NCBI GenBank assembly: GCA_039796155.1
Contig: JBDKKJ010000005.1
Location: 1-48,237, forward strand
DNA: 48,237 nt
Source: Candidatus Parcubacteria bacterium
GTDB taxonomy: Bacteria > Patescibacteriota > Minisyncoccia > Phycocordibacterales > UBA6065
Direction of reading: 5' to 3'
The first letter of the stretch is position 1. Each line of letters starts with the position of its first letter. Shown in pieces: positions 9,062-19,128 of this stretch. The notes under the pieces are model-generated. The model saw only the letters and a list, made by a program, of their open reading frames with translations, had not been told where the DNA came from and did no database searches. The position numbers and the translations under genes were made by a program.

Positions 9062-9427
9062 ATGGAAAACTGCGTATTTTGCAAAATTATTAAAGGTGAA
9101 ATCCCTTCACACAAAATCTATGAGGATGCTGACTTCATGGCCTTTCTTGATATTCGACCACTGTCACCCGGACACGCGCTGGTAATACCAAAACAACACT
9201 ATAGATGGGTATGGGATGTACCGAACGCTGGAGCATATTTTGAGGTAGCGCGAAAAATTGCTCTCGCACAGAAGAAAGCCTTTAACACTGATTGTGTCGT
9301 ATCAAAAATAATGGGAGAAGAAATTCATCATGCACACATCTGGGTCTATCCCGATAGCCGTAAAGATGTTCTTGACGCCAAAGACGACTTCACCGGAAAC
9401 GTAGAAAAGATAAAGAAAAATCTCTAA
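9062..9427 (+). CDS. HIT family nucleotide hydrolase
   Basis: CVFCKIIKGEIP, AFLDIRP..PGHALVIPK.H and triad-like HAHIW. Confidence 0.9.
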   Translation: MENCVFCKIIKGEIPSHKIYEDADFMAFLDIRPLSPGHALVIPKQHYRWVWDVPNAGAYFEVARKIALAQKKAFNTDCVVSKIMGEEIHHAHIWVYPDSRKDVLDAKDDFTGNVEKIKKNL

Positions 9428-9460
9428 ACAAAAAACCAGCTTGAGCTGGTTTTTTGTTTA
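9425..9460. terminator. Bidirectional terminator between HIT and pgk
   Basis: taaacaaaaaaccagc-ttga-gctggttttttgttta, 16-bp stem that includes both stop codons. Confidence 0.85.
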
Positions 9461-10585
9461 ACTTTTTAAGGCTTCGATACCGGGCAATGTTCCTGTTGCC
9501 AAAAACTCTACCATCGCCCCACCACCCGTAGAAGCGAATGTGAACTTATCAAGAAGACCCATCTTGGCTACAACAGCAATCGTATCCCCTCCTCCAATGA
9601 TCGACACTGCTTTGCTGTCCACTATAGCTTGAGCAAGCCCTTCTGTACCTTCAGAAAAACCTTTCTCATAATCACCCAGAGGACCGTTCCATAGAACAAA
9701 CTTCACATCACTAAGTAAATCAGAAAGCTCTCCAATAGAACGAGGTCCGGCATCCATAATTTTCTCGTCTGGACTTACTTGATCTGGACCCTTCACATCC
9801 TTAGCGCCAGGACTTGTTACTATTACATCTGATGGAACAATGAGGCGTGGACTCATCTCAATGTGTTTTAGATTAATACGTGCCTTTGCAGTGAGTGAAA
9901 CGCCCACTTCATACCCCTTCTCCTTATAAATATCGTTTGCCAACGCACCACCCACAAAGACGTAATCCGCTATTGTAATAAACTTCTCAATGAGTGGAAG
10001 CTTTGTATCGAATTTTGCACCACCGAGGACAAAAAGAAATGGATGGGGTGGGTTAAATGCCTTTGAAAGCTCTTCGATTTCAAGATTAAGAAGCGGACCA
10101 GCATACGATGGAATCAATTTAGGAATTGAAACAATGGAAGCGTGTTCACGATGTGAAACTGCAAACGCGTCATTTACATACATATCAGCCAAATGTGCGA
10201 GTCTTCCTGCAAACACAGGATCATTTGCCTTCTCTCCAGGATTTACACGAAGGTTTTCAAGCATGATGATTTCTCCATCCTGCATATTGGCAATAACAAG
10301 AGGTGCATCATCATAACTCATGACAAGCGCCTTAATTGGAATGAAACGCCCAATATATGTAGCAATTCGAGAGAGTGAATGTGTTAATTCACTTTCAAGA
10401 TGGCTAATGATAATTACCTTTGCACCCGCCTCACGTAGGAACTGGAGTGTTGGTAGCGAACGCTTGATTCTAAAGTCATCACGAACCTCCTCGCCTACTA
10501 CAGGCACGTTCAAATCGAGACGTAGAAGCACGCGCTTACCTTTAAGATTCTTTTCGTCTGTAATTTTCTTATATGCTGTTGGCAT
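9458..10585 (-). CDS. pgk: Phosphoglycerate kinase
   Basis: RLDLNVP, LENLR, NDAFAVSHREHAS, LGGAK, WNGPLG, GGGDT and STGGGA; start MPTAYK overlaps the tpiA stop. Confidence 0.96.
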   Translation of the reverse strand: MPTAYKKITDEKNLKGKRVLLRLDLNVPVVGEEVRDDFRIKRSLPTLQFLREAGAKVIIISHLESELTHSLSRIATYIGRFIPIKALVMSYDDAPLVIANMQDGEIIMLENLRVNPGEKANDPVFAGRLAHLADMYVNDAFAVSHREHASIVSIPKLIPSYAGPLLNLEIEELSKAFNPPHPFLFVLGGAKFDTKLPLIEKFITIADYVFVGGALANDIYKEKGYEVGVSLTAKARINLKHIEMSPRLIVPSDVIVTSPGAKDVKGPDQVSPDEKIMDAGPRSIGELSDLLSDVKFVLWNGPLGDYEKGFSEGTEGLAQAIVDSKAVSIIGGGDTIAVVAKMGLLDKFTFASTGGGAMVEFLATGTLPGIEALKS

Positions 10586-11345
10586 AGTCGATGATTGTTG
10601 CAAACGCCTCAGGATCGAGTGATTGTCTACCAATAAGCAAACCATCAATAGCGCTTTCACGAAGCATTGCTTCAGCGTTTTCGCTATTTACAGAGCCTCC
10701 GTACAGTACTTTCAACTTGAGACCGTCTGTTTTTCCAAGCGCTTCGATTGCAACCTTTTTTATATACAAAACCATTTCATGAATGTCGGCAGGTTTTGGT
10801 GCGAGGGCAAAGCTCTTGCCTATTGCCCAGACAGGTTCGTAGGCAATCATAATGTCTTTCATCTTCTTTTTGTCTGGAAGCGCGTTGATAACAAACAAAA
10901 CTTGTTCTCGAATCGCACGAAGATAATACGCGTGTTCGTCGCGCTCTTTTTCACCAACACAGAGAATCACTTTCATACCTGCACTGAGTGCTCGAACAGC
11001 TTTTTGAGCTACAATTGTATCTGTATCACCTACCGCTCGTCGTTCACTGTGACCAACGAGAGCATACCCCGCCCCCGATGTTGCCATTTGAGTTGCGCTT
11101 ACCATTCCCGTGAACGCACCACGTTCCTCTGTCGAGACATCCTGAGCGCCTAGAGAAATAACAGGCTCTTTTTTACCAATGAGATGTGGAATAAAAGGAG
11201 CAGGTGGAATAATAATCACCCCCACATCGGGAGTTTTAGCGCTTTTCTTTGATAATGCAGAAAACAAAGTCTTTGCCTGTTCAAGCGTGTCTGGATTCAT
11301 CTTCCAATTCCCCACTATCGTGAATTTTTTGTGTGTCTTTGCCAT
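10569..11345 (-). CDS. tpiA: Triosephosphate isomerase
   Basis: GNWKMN, GHSERR, AYEPVWAIG and LYGGSV. Confidence 0.97.
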   Translation of the reverse strand: MAKTHKKFTIVGNWKMNPDTLEQAKTLFSALSKKSAKTPDVGVIIIPPAPFIPHLIGKKEPVISLGAQDVSTEERGAFTGMVSATQMATSGAGYALVGHSERRAVGDTDTIVAQKAVRALSAGMKVILCVGEKERDEHAYYLRAIREQVLFVINALPDKKKMKDIMIAYEPVWAIGKSFALAPKPADIHEMVLYIKKVAIEALGKTDGLKLKVLYGGSVNSENAEAMLRESAIDGLLIGRQSLDPEAFATIIDYANSI

Positions 11346-11381
11346 AAGGCACATTATACCACTACTAGAAAAGGAGCGTGG

Positions 11382-13124
11382 CTACTGAGACTCTTTCCAA
11401 GATTTTATGTTCGAACTAGACGTTGCTGCGCCAGACTCGTCTGAAGTAAGGTTGAGTGATGACATTTGAGGGTCATACACAACATTTGCACCACCGCTAA
11501 TATAAAGATATTGTGCCGCTCCCGCTTTAACACTCGCACCTCCTGTAATAGTCACACCTCCGTTTGATGCATAGAGTGCCGTGTCATTTGCTCCCCCACT
11601 AATCTTTATCGCCTCAGCAGGATCATTGCTCGTAGAAACAAGAAGAATGTGACTATTTGTAGCACCATCAATAGACGCGCCACCCGATAAGGTTATCTTT
11701 CCATCAGAGACAATAGCAAAACTTTTTGAACTGTTATTTGAACGTACGTGTGCACCACCACTGATTGTTACATCACCAGTGACCCAGAGTGTTCCCGATA
11801 CTCGCAGAGTTCCGCCGCCAGACACAGTGAGGGTTCCCGATATTTTCTTTGGTCCGAGAGTTGCCCCGGAATAATTTACACTCTGACTACTTACGGTACC
11901 TCCTGCAACAGCCTCATTTTTCCAGAGTGTAATAGTCCCACCAGAAACCGGCATCGGTTCAACGACAGGATTAGCACGAGATGTGTCGCACGCCTTATTG
12001 TTACCTGAACCTGCCTGACAATACAGAGAACCTGTTGATGACACATAATTTACGTTATAAGCGTATGCACTTCCCACAGAAAGGTCATTGTACTGATCTT
12101 TACCCATAATTCCCACGTCACTTGTACCAAGAGTAAGTTTAAAGTACGCATCAAGACCTGAGGGACTGGTGTTAGACCAAGAACCCCAGTCTGTTCGTCC
12201 AATTTTTGCCTGACCGTTGCCATAGGTACTGTTTGCAGCAATCACGTAGTAGTTACTTGCATCAGGGTTAGCGTCGATAACAATCCAGTATGTTGTATTG
12301 TCATCAAGGATCTGGTTGGCCGTTAAAGGTATTTCAATCCACGAATAACCTGTACCCACAAGCGAGGAAGAAATCGTACCGCTGGCAATCACACCACTGT
12401 AGCTTGGCGCACTCCCAGAACCAGTCATTATTTTTATAGTTGCATTTGAAGGGTTCCCTACTTTTTTGATATACACCTCAATCTTTACAAGAGAAAGTTC
12501 ATCACTTACTCGAAAACCCTGGGCCAAATCCTGCGTAGAGGCAGCGTTAGCAAATGTAATTGATTGTGTCGGAGGAAGTGGGGTTGAATTGGCCTGATCA
12601 ACAGAAATAGTTGCTGTAGCAGCAGAGACAGCAGCACCAGATATGGAACACGATCCACACCCTTTAATAGAACCTGTGGTATACACATCTCCAATAATTG
12701 AACCATCATCAATTTCAATACCGCCAAGACCACCCTGAAGAAGAAATGGGAATGAAACCCCCGATGTTGTATCCATAGTAGCCTCAAGAGTTCTCTTTGT
12801 GCCCAAGGCATCGCCTGCGGAGTTAATAGTCTGTGAACCGTCCCCTGCTGTAGTAATGGTAGTAGTGGCTGATGATGAAGCAACCATCAATGTCTCCGTT
12901 GAGCCGATTTGCTTACCAGTTTTTATACGATAAATAGCATCTTCGAGTGAAGATTCAGACGCATAGTAACTCTGCTTTGAAGTTGACTCATTTCGCACAG
13001 TACGCACCTCTCGCAAGACAGAATCGGAAAGACCTGCCACAACCGCTATTCCTCCTGCCAAAAAAAACATGAGTGCTGTCATCAATGCATAACCTCCTTG
13101 TGTATACTTTTTAGATGATGTCAT
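11382..13124 (-). CDS. PilX-like minor pilin / tip adhesin with large C-terminal beta-rich region
   Basis: QGGYALMTALMF pilin-like N-terminus, SYYASESSLEDA (PilX_N-like), repeated ISGGA, terminal SWKE. Confidence 0.7.
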   Translation of the reverse strand: MTSSKKYTQGGYALMTALMFFLAGGIAVVAGLSDSVLREVRTVRNESTSKQSYYASESSLEDAIYRIKTGKQIGSTETLMVASSSATTTITTAGDGSQTINSAGDALGTKRTLEATMDTTSGVSFPFLLQGGLGGIEIDDGSIIGDVYTTGSIKGCGSCSISGAAVSAATATISVDQANSTPLPPTQSITFANAASTQDLAQGFRVSDELSLVKIEVYIKKVGNPSNATIKIMTGSGSAPSYSGVIASGTISSSLVGTGYSWIEIPLTANQILDDNTTYWIVIDANPDASNYYVIAANSTYGNGQAKIGRTDWGSWSNTSPSGLDAYFKLTLGTSDVGIMGKDQYNDLSVGSAYAYNVNYVSSTGSLYCQAGSGNNKACDTSRANPVVEPMPVSGGTITLWKNEAVAGGTVSSQSVNYSGATLGPKKISGTLTVSGGGTLRVSGTLWVTGDVTISGGAHVRSNNSSKSFAIVSDGKITLSGGASIDGATNSHILLVSTSNDPAEAIKISGGANDTALYASNGGVTITGGASVKAGAAQYLYISGGANVVYDPQMSSLNLTSDESGAATSSSNIKSWKESQ

Positions 13125-13125
13125 G

Positions 13126-13650
13126 TTATTGAATATAAGAACCTCTTAAAACATACGTCCCGTAAAAATTGAGTGCAGGCACTGATGTCGAAGCTTCAGG
13201 AGCAAGAGTCATTTCAACGCGAATCGCAGTCGTGGATCCTGTATCAAATTTTCTAAACGTAAGGTTTGATACAGCCATATTGTCTTGTGTGATATCGCCT
13301 GCATACACAGCATTCTGGTCAATTTTTACCTTCGATTCAGAAAGGTAAAATGTTAGAACGTCGTTGGTTCCGTCACTTTTTTTCATATTTAGAACAAGCT
13401 TTCCCGAACTCGCTCCAAGCGTACTCTGAATCGTATCAATTGATGTTGCTCGTCTAATATCACGAGAGAATCGACTAAAAGCAGAGACAGCAGCTGAATT
13501 AATATCGAGATATGATCGAGAGCGTTTTGATGCTTTTGATATAGAAAAAGCAGTCTGAATAATTACTAAAAATAAAAGGCTCACAAGTCCCACATAGACA
13601 AGCATCTCAGCGAGCGTATTTCCCTTCTCTCTATTAAATGTTCGTAACAT
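13126..13650 (-). CDS. Type IV minor pilin (PilW/PulJ-like)
   Basis: KG|NTLAEMLVYVGLV prepilin motif with E5; start set at MLRTFNREKG. Confidence 0.8.
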   Translation of the reverse strand: MLRTFNREKGNTLAEMLVYVGLVSLLFLVIIQTAFSISKASKRSRSYLDINSAAVSAFSRFSRDIRRATSIDTIQSTLGASSGKLVLNMKKSDGTNDVLTFYLSESKVKIDQNAVYAGDITQDNMAVSNLTFRKFDTGSTTAIRVEMTLAPEASTSVPALNFYGTYVLRGSYIQ

Positions 13651-14104
13651 AGGTTTTGTACGTAATAGTTGTCGTTGCATTCCGCACTCTCCACGAGACA
13701 GAGGCTTCAGCAAAGAAAGTATTGGAATCAATCGTTCCACCAGAAGGAACAATGTCATCGTTGCCATCACGAGATACCTGATTCAATTTGAATGAACGAT
13801 AAAAAAGACCGTCAATGATTTCAGGTGTTGTGGTTACACTCCATGAAGATGTGGCGAGAGTAAAATATCGTGGAGTATTGAGAGGAAGGCTTGAAAGATT
13901 TGACCATCCACTGCCTTTTACAAAACGAACCGCCTCCAAGCCCTCTTCTGCGAGGAGTCCCCCTTTAATTGAAAGCATGTCTTTCTGATGAAACACAGCA
14001 AGAGTGGAGAGTGTGCCCAAAAAAGCCAGAGACACGAGAGAAATAATCGCAGATGCAACTACGACTTCTATTATGACTGAACCTTTAGTGTGAAAAGAGA
14101 TCAT
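13634..14104 (-). CDS. Type IV minor pilin (PilV-like)
   Basis: KG|SVIIEVVVA prepilin motif; LLAEEGLEAVR. Confidence 0.8.
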   Translation of the reverse strand: MISFHTKGSVIIEVVVASAIISLVSLAFLGTLSTLAVFHQKDMLSIKGGLLAEEGLEAVRFVKGSGWSNLSSLPLNTPRYFTLATSSWSVTTTPEIIDGLFYRSFKLNQVSRDGNDDIVPSGGTIDSNTFFAEASVSWRVRNATTTITYKTYVTNI

Positions 14105-14553
14105 TCTATGCTTACAAGCCCTGTTGACTGCACCTTTACACGCTTTGACACGCCTGGTGCTGACACTTGATACACATCAATTGTACCAGATGCAGAAGAG
14201 TTCCCTGTTACTCTTTCAAACACAAAGGTGGATATCGAAGAAGACGCTTTGACCCCTGATCCATATGAGTAACTGATATTGGTGTTTGTAGAAGATGCAA
14301 ACGTAGAGCCTTGGAAAAATATAAAGCTGTTAGCATCAACTTTCACTCCATACTGAGAACCCGCCACAGACGCTAGTGTTCGAGCGCGTGCATCGCGCAA
14401 CGATGCGGCTATCGCAGAAGCATTTGCCAACACCGCTTCCCGTCTATTAAACCTTGCGAAAGAACTCGCAGAGACAGCGAATAAAAGCCCCAAAATAGCG
14501 ATAGTGGCCAAGAGTTCTATGACAGAAAAGCCTTTATCTGTAACGTTTCTCAT
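14101..14553 (-). CDS. Type IV minor pilin (FimT/GspH-like)
   Basis: KG|FSVIELLATIAI; SLRDARART. Confidence 0.88.
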   Translation of the reverse strand: MRNVTDKGFSVIELLATIAILGLLFAVSASSFARFNRREAVLANASAIAASLRDARARTLASVAGSQYGVKVDANSFIFFQGSTFASSTNTNISYSYGSGVKASSSISTFVFERVTGNSSASGTIDVYQVSAPGVSKRVKVQSTGLVSIE

Positions 14554-15764
14554 GAGATTTTATCTGAAAGAGAATAAATAGGACTGATCATAGCAAGGGC
14601 AAAGAAACCTACACCCACACCAATAAACACCATAAGAAATGGTTCGATAATAGTCGACATGTCCTTAGTCTTTTGGTCGACTTCATTTTCATAAAAAATT
14701 GCTACTTCGAAGAGAGTTTTTGAAAGTGTTCCTGTCTCCTCTCCCACCCCAATCATTTCAGAAACGAACGATGGGTACAAATCTGAACGAGGCATAAAAA
14801 GAGACTGAAGAGTCGAACCTTTCTGAATATCTTCAGCAGTTGTCTTGAGCATCTCTTTATAATGAACATTCTGAACCACATCCGCAGTGATTTTTATTGC
14901 AGTCACAACCTCAACACCTGAAGAAAGAAGTGATGAGAACGTACGAGACATGCGTGCTGAATTTACTTCCTTCGCAATGTTTCCAATAATAGGAAGTTTA
15001 AGTACAAGACGCCCAATAAAACGCTTGCCAGTGGGCGTCTTTGAAAAAACATACGTAGAAATAACGGTTGTCAGAAGCGCTAGCACCACAACAATGTAAT
15101 GTGCGGCAAAGAAGTCACTTACCCAAATCACGATCTGTGTAGCAAAAGGCAATTCAGTATTAAACTCTTTAAACGTTGCGGTAAGTTTTGGAATTACAAA
15201 CACCAACATCATGATCCCAATAATAATCATCACAGAAAGAATAATTCCTGGATACATCATTGCTCCGCGAACCTTCTTTTGCAGGTTATACGACTTCTCG
15301 AGTTGTTCTCCCACAATGGAAAGAGACTGCGAAAGACTTCCTGACTCTTCGCCTGCCGCAACCATGGAAACAAAAAGTGATGAGAATGTTTTCGGGAATA
15401 CAGCAAGCGCCGCAGAAAAACTCGTACCTTTTGAAAGACTTTCAGAAAGAGACGTTAATATTGGCTTCCATGACTTGCCTGTCATCTGACGTTCAAGCAC
15501 AGTAAGTGCGCGTGCCAAAGGAAGTCCGGCCTTGAGCATCGCTGAAAGATTCTTGGCAAACATGATTCTGTCTGCCATCTTCGCCCCACCAAAAGAGAAG
15601 TTAAGAAAATTTTTAACAGCACCCTTCTTTCCTTCTTCAGTAACGCTCAGCACAGTATTCCCTTCTTCGTGCAGTTTCTTGTAAACAGCAAATTTATCAT
15701 TGGCTTCGATAGTGCCACTTGAGCGTGTACCGTCTTTCTTTACTGACTTATAAACGAAAAACAT
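14550..15764 (-). CDS. pilC: Type IV pilus platform protein PilC (T2SS F family)
   Basis: LSAMLKAGLPL, AGEESGSL, AMMYP, VGEETG and IIEP. Confidence 0.95.
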   Translation of the reverse strand: MFFVYKSVKKDGTRSSGTIEANDKFAVYKKLHEEGNTVLSVTEEGKKGAVKNFLNFSFGGAKMADRIMFAKNLSAMLKAGLPLARALTVLERQMTGKSWKPILTSLSESLSKGTSFSAALAVFPKTFSSLFVSMVAAGEESGSLSQSLSIVGEQLEKSYNLQKKVRGAMMYPGIILSVMIIIGIMMLVFVIPKLTATFKEFNTELPFATQIVIWVSDFFAAHYIVVVLALLTTVISTYVFSKTPTGKRFIGRLVLKLPIIGNIAKEVNSARMSRTFSSLLSSGVEVVTAIKITADVVQNVHYKEMLKTTAEDIQKGSTLQSLFMPRSDLYPSFVSEMIGVGEETGTLSKTLFEVAIFYENEVDQKTKDMSTIIEPFLMVFIGVGVGFFALAMISPIYSLSDKIS

Positions 15765-15847
15765 AGTGAAAAATTATTTACTCTATTGTAACACTATTTT
15801 ACAGACCTATCGTTGCTCAAATAAGCGAATATGTATACAGTTAGTAC

Positions 15848-16471
15848 ATGTCATCACTTTCTTATCTCATGGATCCACGCGCTCTTATTGAAGCCGTAGG
15901 TCTGATTGGAATTATAACCATCGTCTTCGCAGAATCTGGTCTTTTTTTTGGTTTCTTTTTGCCTGGAGATTCCCTTCTCTTTACCGCCGGTCTTTTGGCA
16001 TCACAGGGGCTCATCTCAATAGAACTCCTTGTGATTGGTACCATGATTGCCGCAATAGTCGGCGATAGCGTTGGATATGCATTTGGCAAGAAAATAGGAC
16101 CAGCGCTCTTTTCTCGTGAAGATTCTTTCTTTTTCCATAAAAAACATGCACTCCGTGCAAAGGCTTTCTATGAGAAATACGGTGTAAAAACCATTGTACT
16201 AGCACGCTTTATTCCAATCGTTCGAACATTCGCACCAATTGTCGCAGGGATTGGTGACATGAAGTACACAACTTTCCTGTCATACAACATCATAGGTGGA
16301 GTTATTTGGACGAGTTCAATGACTCTTTTCGGCTATTTCCTTGGTACGCTTGTCCCTCAGACTGAAAAGTATCTCCACGTAATAATCATAGCCATAATAG
16401 TGCTTTCATTCGTACCCATAGTTATTGAATACATTAAAGAGAGGCGCGGACAAAGCATTCGGCCGATGTAG
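15848..16471 (+). CDS. dedA: DedA/VTT family membrane protein
   Basis: FAESGL..GFFLPGDSLLF and ARFIPIVRTFAP. Confidence 0.93.
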   Translation: MSSLSYLMDPRALIEAVGLIGIITIVFAESGLFFGFFLPGDSLLFTAGLLASQGLISIELLVIGTMIAAIVGDSVGYAFGKKIGPALFSREDSFFFHKKHALRAKAFYEKYGVKTIVLARFIPIVRTFAPIVAGIGDMKYTTFLSYNIIGGVIWTSSMTLFGYFLGTLVPQTEKYLHVIIIAIIVLSFVPIVIEYIKERRGQSIRPM

Positions 16472-16479
16472 TATAATAA

Positions 16480-17589
16480 ATGACGATGAATTTTCTTTCT
16501 CACGTCATTAAAAAAGAGTTACTAAAGAAGGACTGGTTTACAGGTGCATTTCCTGTTCCAAGCTCTCTCATACTTTCAGATACATCAGTAGATGTCTCTG
16601 ACAGCCTTCTCCGTTTTTTTGAGTGTTCTCGCAAACGAGGTGTATGTATCCCAAAAGATTTTGGAACATTACCCCTCCCCCGTATTCATACAGCAGTCGA
16701 TTCTACAAAAGCTCGAGAAGAAACTTCTTTGGCTATTCGAAACTGGGCAAAAAACCGTAAGCAAAAAATGGTGCGGGCAATCATCCACGAAGACGAAGCA
16801 TATGTATTCAAGGTGACTGTCCCTACGACAAATCCAAAAGAAATTTATTCTGCTGTCGAGGGTCTTCTCGAAGAAAATGTTCCCATTCCACCCGCAGACT
16901 GTCTCTTTGAATATGAAATTGTAAGCCTTGATGAAACTCTCAAGGAAGCAACCCTTGCCGTGTCGGTTATATCTCGCTCAGCAGCATCTAACTATTTAGA
17001 TATTTTTAAAGAAAGTGGCATACAGGTTGTCTCACTTGAGACCGAAGCACGTGCTACGGCAAAGGCCCTCTTTCGGAAAGACGAGACAGGTGTTCACGCG
17101 GTAGTTGTTATAGCAAAACACCACTCAATCGTATTCATTGCAGAAAAGGGCTCAGTTGTTTTTAGCTCTTCTCTTGCCGTGGGTCAAACTGATCTCACAA
17201 CTGCAGTTGCAAAGACACTCAACATAACCCAAGAAGCCGCAGAAGCACTTAAAAAAGAAAAAGAATCTGCTGGACACGAGAGTGATATGAAGCTTTTTGA
17301 AGCAATGATTCCTGTCTTTGGAACACTTAGGGACGAACTTGGTAAAGTGCTCGCGTACTGGAAGACGCAGGGCAAAAAAGAAAGAAATTTCATCGACGTA
17401 TCTGATGTGATTCTCCTTGGTAAAGATTCTCTAACCACTGGTTTTGCCCAGTATATTTCAGCTTCAACAAAAATTCCTGCCAAAATAGGGTCTGTGTGGA
17501 CTAACACCCTGCCGCCAGACGTTTCTCTGCCAAAGCTCCACAAAGCAGACTCACTTGATTACGGAGCACTCGTCGGCACAATATTATAA
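16480..17589 (+). CDS. pilM: Type IV pilus assembly protein PilM (actin-like, divergent)
   Basis: ENVPIP...FEYEIV, LETEARATA, AEALKK; first gene of an M-N-O-like cluster. Confidence 0.75.
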   Translation: MTMNFLSHVIKKELLKKDWFTGAFPVPSSLILSDTSVDVSDSLLRFFECSRKRGVCIPKDFGTLPLPRIHTAVDSTKAREETSLAIRNWAKNRKQKMVRAIIHEDEAYVFKVTVPTTNPKEIYSAVEGLLEENVPIPPADCLFEYEIVSLDETLKEATLAVSVISRSAASNYLDIFKESGIQVVSLETEARATAKALFRKDETGVHAVVVIAKHHSIVFIAEKGSVVFSSSLAVGQTDLTTAVAKTLNITQEAAEALKKEKESAGHESDMKLFEAMIPVFGTLRDELGKVLAYWKTQGKKERNFIDVSDVILLGKDSLTTGFAQYISASTKIPAKIGSVWTNTLPPDVSLPKLHKADSLDYGALVGTIL

Positions 17590-17593
17590 TCAT

Positions 17594-18127
17594 ATGTTTA
17601 CCTTTCTTCCTGAAGAATATAAAAAAATAGCACTCAAAGAATACAGATTCAGACTTGTAGTCCTCTGTCTTGGTCTTTCTTTCGCTCTCTTCCTTATTGC
17701 GACAGCTTTTAGCATACCGACATTCGCAATTATCAACGCCCAGAAAGAAAGCGCTCTCCTCGAGCGGACAGCACTTCTCAATGGTCTAAAGGAAGACCCG
17801 TCACTTCTTGAAAAGGAGGTCATTATTTTAAACCAGAAAATAAATCTCATCGCAGAAACATCAGGCAACCTGACACTTATTTCTGTCATTGAAAAAGTAC
17901 CTGTGCAAAAGGGTTCATCTATAGCTCTCACCTCACTGAGCTTTAAGCGAGGGGGAAAAGCTGGAACAATATCCATCAGCGGTGTCGCATCATCACGTGA
18001 CGCGCTTGTATCATTCTCGAAAAGACTTCAAGGGGAGCCTTCTTTTTCAAAAATTAATCTTCCGGTTGGTGCATTGGCCCGCAACAAAGATATTCCCTTT
18101 AGCCTTACTATAGAATCAGCCTTCTAG
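17594..18127 (+). CDS. pilN: PilN-like pilus assembly protein
   Basis: FLPEE, one TM helix, coiled coil, then ISGVASSRDALVSF..L; follows pilM. Confidence 0.7.
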   Translation: MFTFLPEEYKKIALKEYRFRLVVLCLGLSFALFLIATAFSIPTFAIINAQKESALLERTALLNGLKEDPSLLEKEVIILNQKINLIAETSGNLTLISVIEKVPVQKGSSIALTSLSFKRGGKAGTISISGVASSRDALVSFSKRLQGEPSFSKINLPVGALARNKDIPFSLTIESAF

Positions 18128-18130
18128 CCT

Positions 18131-18661
18131 ATGAAAATATCAAAAACTTACATAGTCACCCTTTCTGTACTTGGCACACTTACCCTTCTCACCCTTGGTC
18201 TTTGGATATTTCTCATTATGAAGAGTTCTTCTTTAAAGAGCGAAAGTCTTGCAGTTGAATCAGACATCCTTGCACGGACATCAGAGGGTGCTTACTTTAA
18301 TTCAATTCGAAATGTGCTCAAGGGATCAAAGCCTTATCTTGAAACAATTGATTCTCGATTTATTGATAAAGACAGCGTGCCTCAATTCATCGACCTTCTT
18401 GAGACAAAATCATTGGAGGCGGGTATTAATAGTGATTTCAGCTCTATAGATATCGGTGCACAGAACGGTTCTGAAGGATTGCTCCGTATACGTATTACAG
18501 GAACAGGCACATGGAGTAATATAATAAGCTTTATAGCCACTCTCGAGTCTCTTCCCTACGCCTCTAAAATTGAGAGCCTTTCTTTTGCAAAGCCTAATAT
18601 TAAAGAATCTATCTGGAGTTTCAGTCTCGACTTCACAGAGAATATTTCAGAGAAAAAATAA
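18131..18661 (+). CDS. pilO: PilO-like pilus assembly protein
   Basis: TM helix, VPQFIDLLE and GTWSNIISFIATLESLP; follows pilN. Confidence 0.7.
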   Translation: MKISKTYIVTLSVLGTLTLLTLGLWIFLIMKSSSLKSESLAVESDILARTSEGAYFNSIRNVLKGSKPYLETIDSRFIDKDSVPQFIDLLETKSLEAGINSDFSSIDIGAQNGSEGLLRIRITGTGTWSNIISFIATLESLPYASKIESLSFAKPNIKESIWSFSLDFTENISEKK

Positions 18662-18667
18662 TATTTT

Positions 18668-18961
18668 ATGTCACTTAAAAACAAATTCCAGCTGGTAAGA
18701 CAAAAGATTGGTAGAAACAGTACCTATGACTGGTACACTGCTCTTCTTTGTTTCGCGTCATGCCTTGTCATCTTACTTGCTATACACATTTGGATATTTA
18801 TAGACCTCACACTTACGAGTGGCACCAATCAAAATACTGCCGACAAAAAATCAGTGTCAATTAATCAGGGTGATATTCAAAAAGCAGTTCAAAACATTCG
18901 AGAACGAGACGCTAATTCAAAGAATGTTTCAAGAGTAGTTCGTACCGATCCCTCTTTATAA
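18668..18961 (+). CDS. Small single-TM protein at the PilP position
   Basis: One TM helix, ends RTDPSL (RxDPF-like); operon position. Confidence 0.5.
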   Translation: MSLKNKFQLVRQKIGRNSTYDWYTALLCFASCLVILLAIHIWIFIDLTLTSGTNQNTADKKSVSINQGDIQKAVQNIRERDANSKNVSRVVRTDPSL

Positions 18962-19010
18962 GAGACAGGTGCTTCACCTAACCTCCCTTTCCTGCTATCC
19001 TCAAGTTTGA

Positions 19011-19085
19011 CCCCTTGTAGTTCAATGGATAGAACACCGGACTTCTAAGCCGGTTATGTTGGTTCGATTCCAACCAAGGGGACCA
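19011..19085 (+). tRNA. tRNA-Arg(TCT), CCA encoded
   Basis: Acceptor ccccttg/caagggg, D-arm gttc/gaac, anticodon loop CT-TCT-AA, T-loop TTCGATT, ACCA end. Confidence 0.92.
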
Positions 19086-19089
19086 TATA

Positions 19090-19122
19090 AAAGAAAGACC
19101 GGCCAATGGCCGGTCTTTCTTT
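19090..19122. terminator. Bidirectional terminator between convergent tRNAs
   Basis: aaagaaagaccggcc-aat-ggccggtctttcttt. Confidence 0.85.
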
Positions 19123-19128
19123 ATTCTG

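Noticed and set aside
11382-18961. Type IV pilus cluster lacking pilQ, with pilB located elsewhere, as a novel secretion system
   Set aside because: This is the expected arrangement for monoderm CPR type IV pili; the dedA insertion and divergent PilM are not enough to claim novelty.
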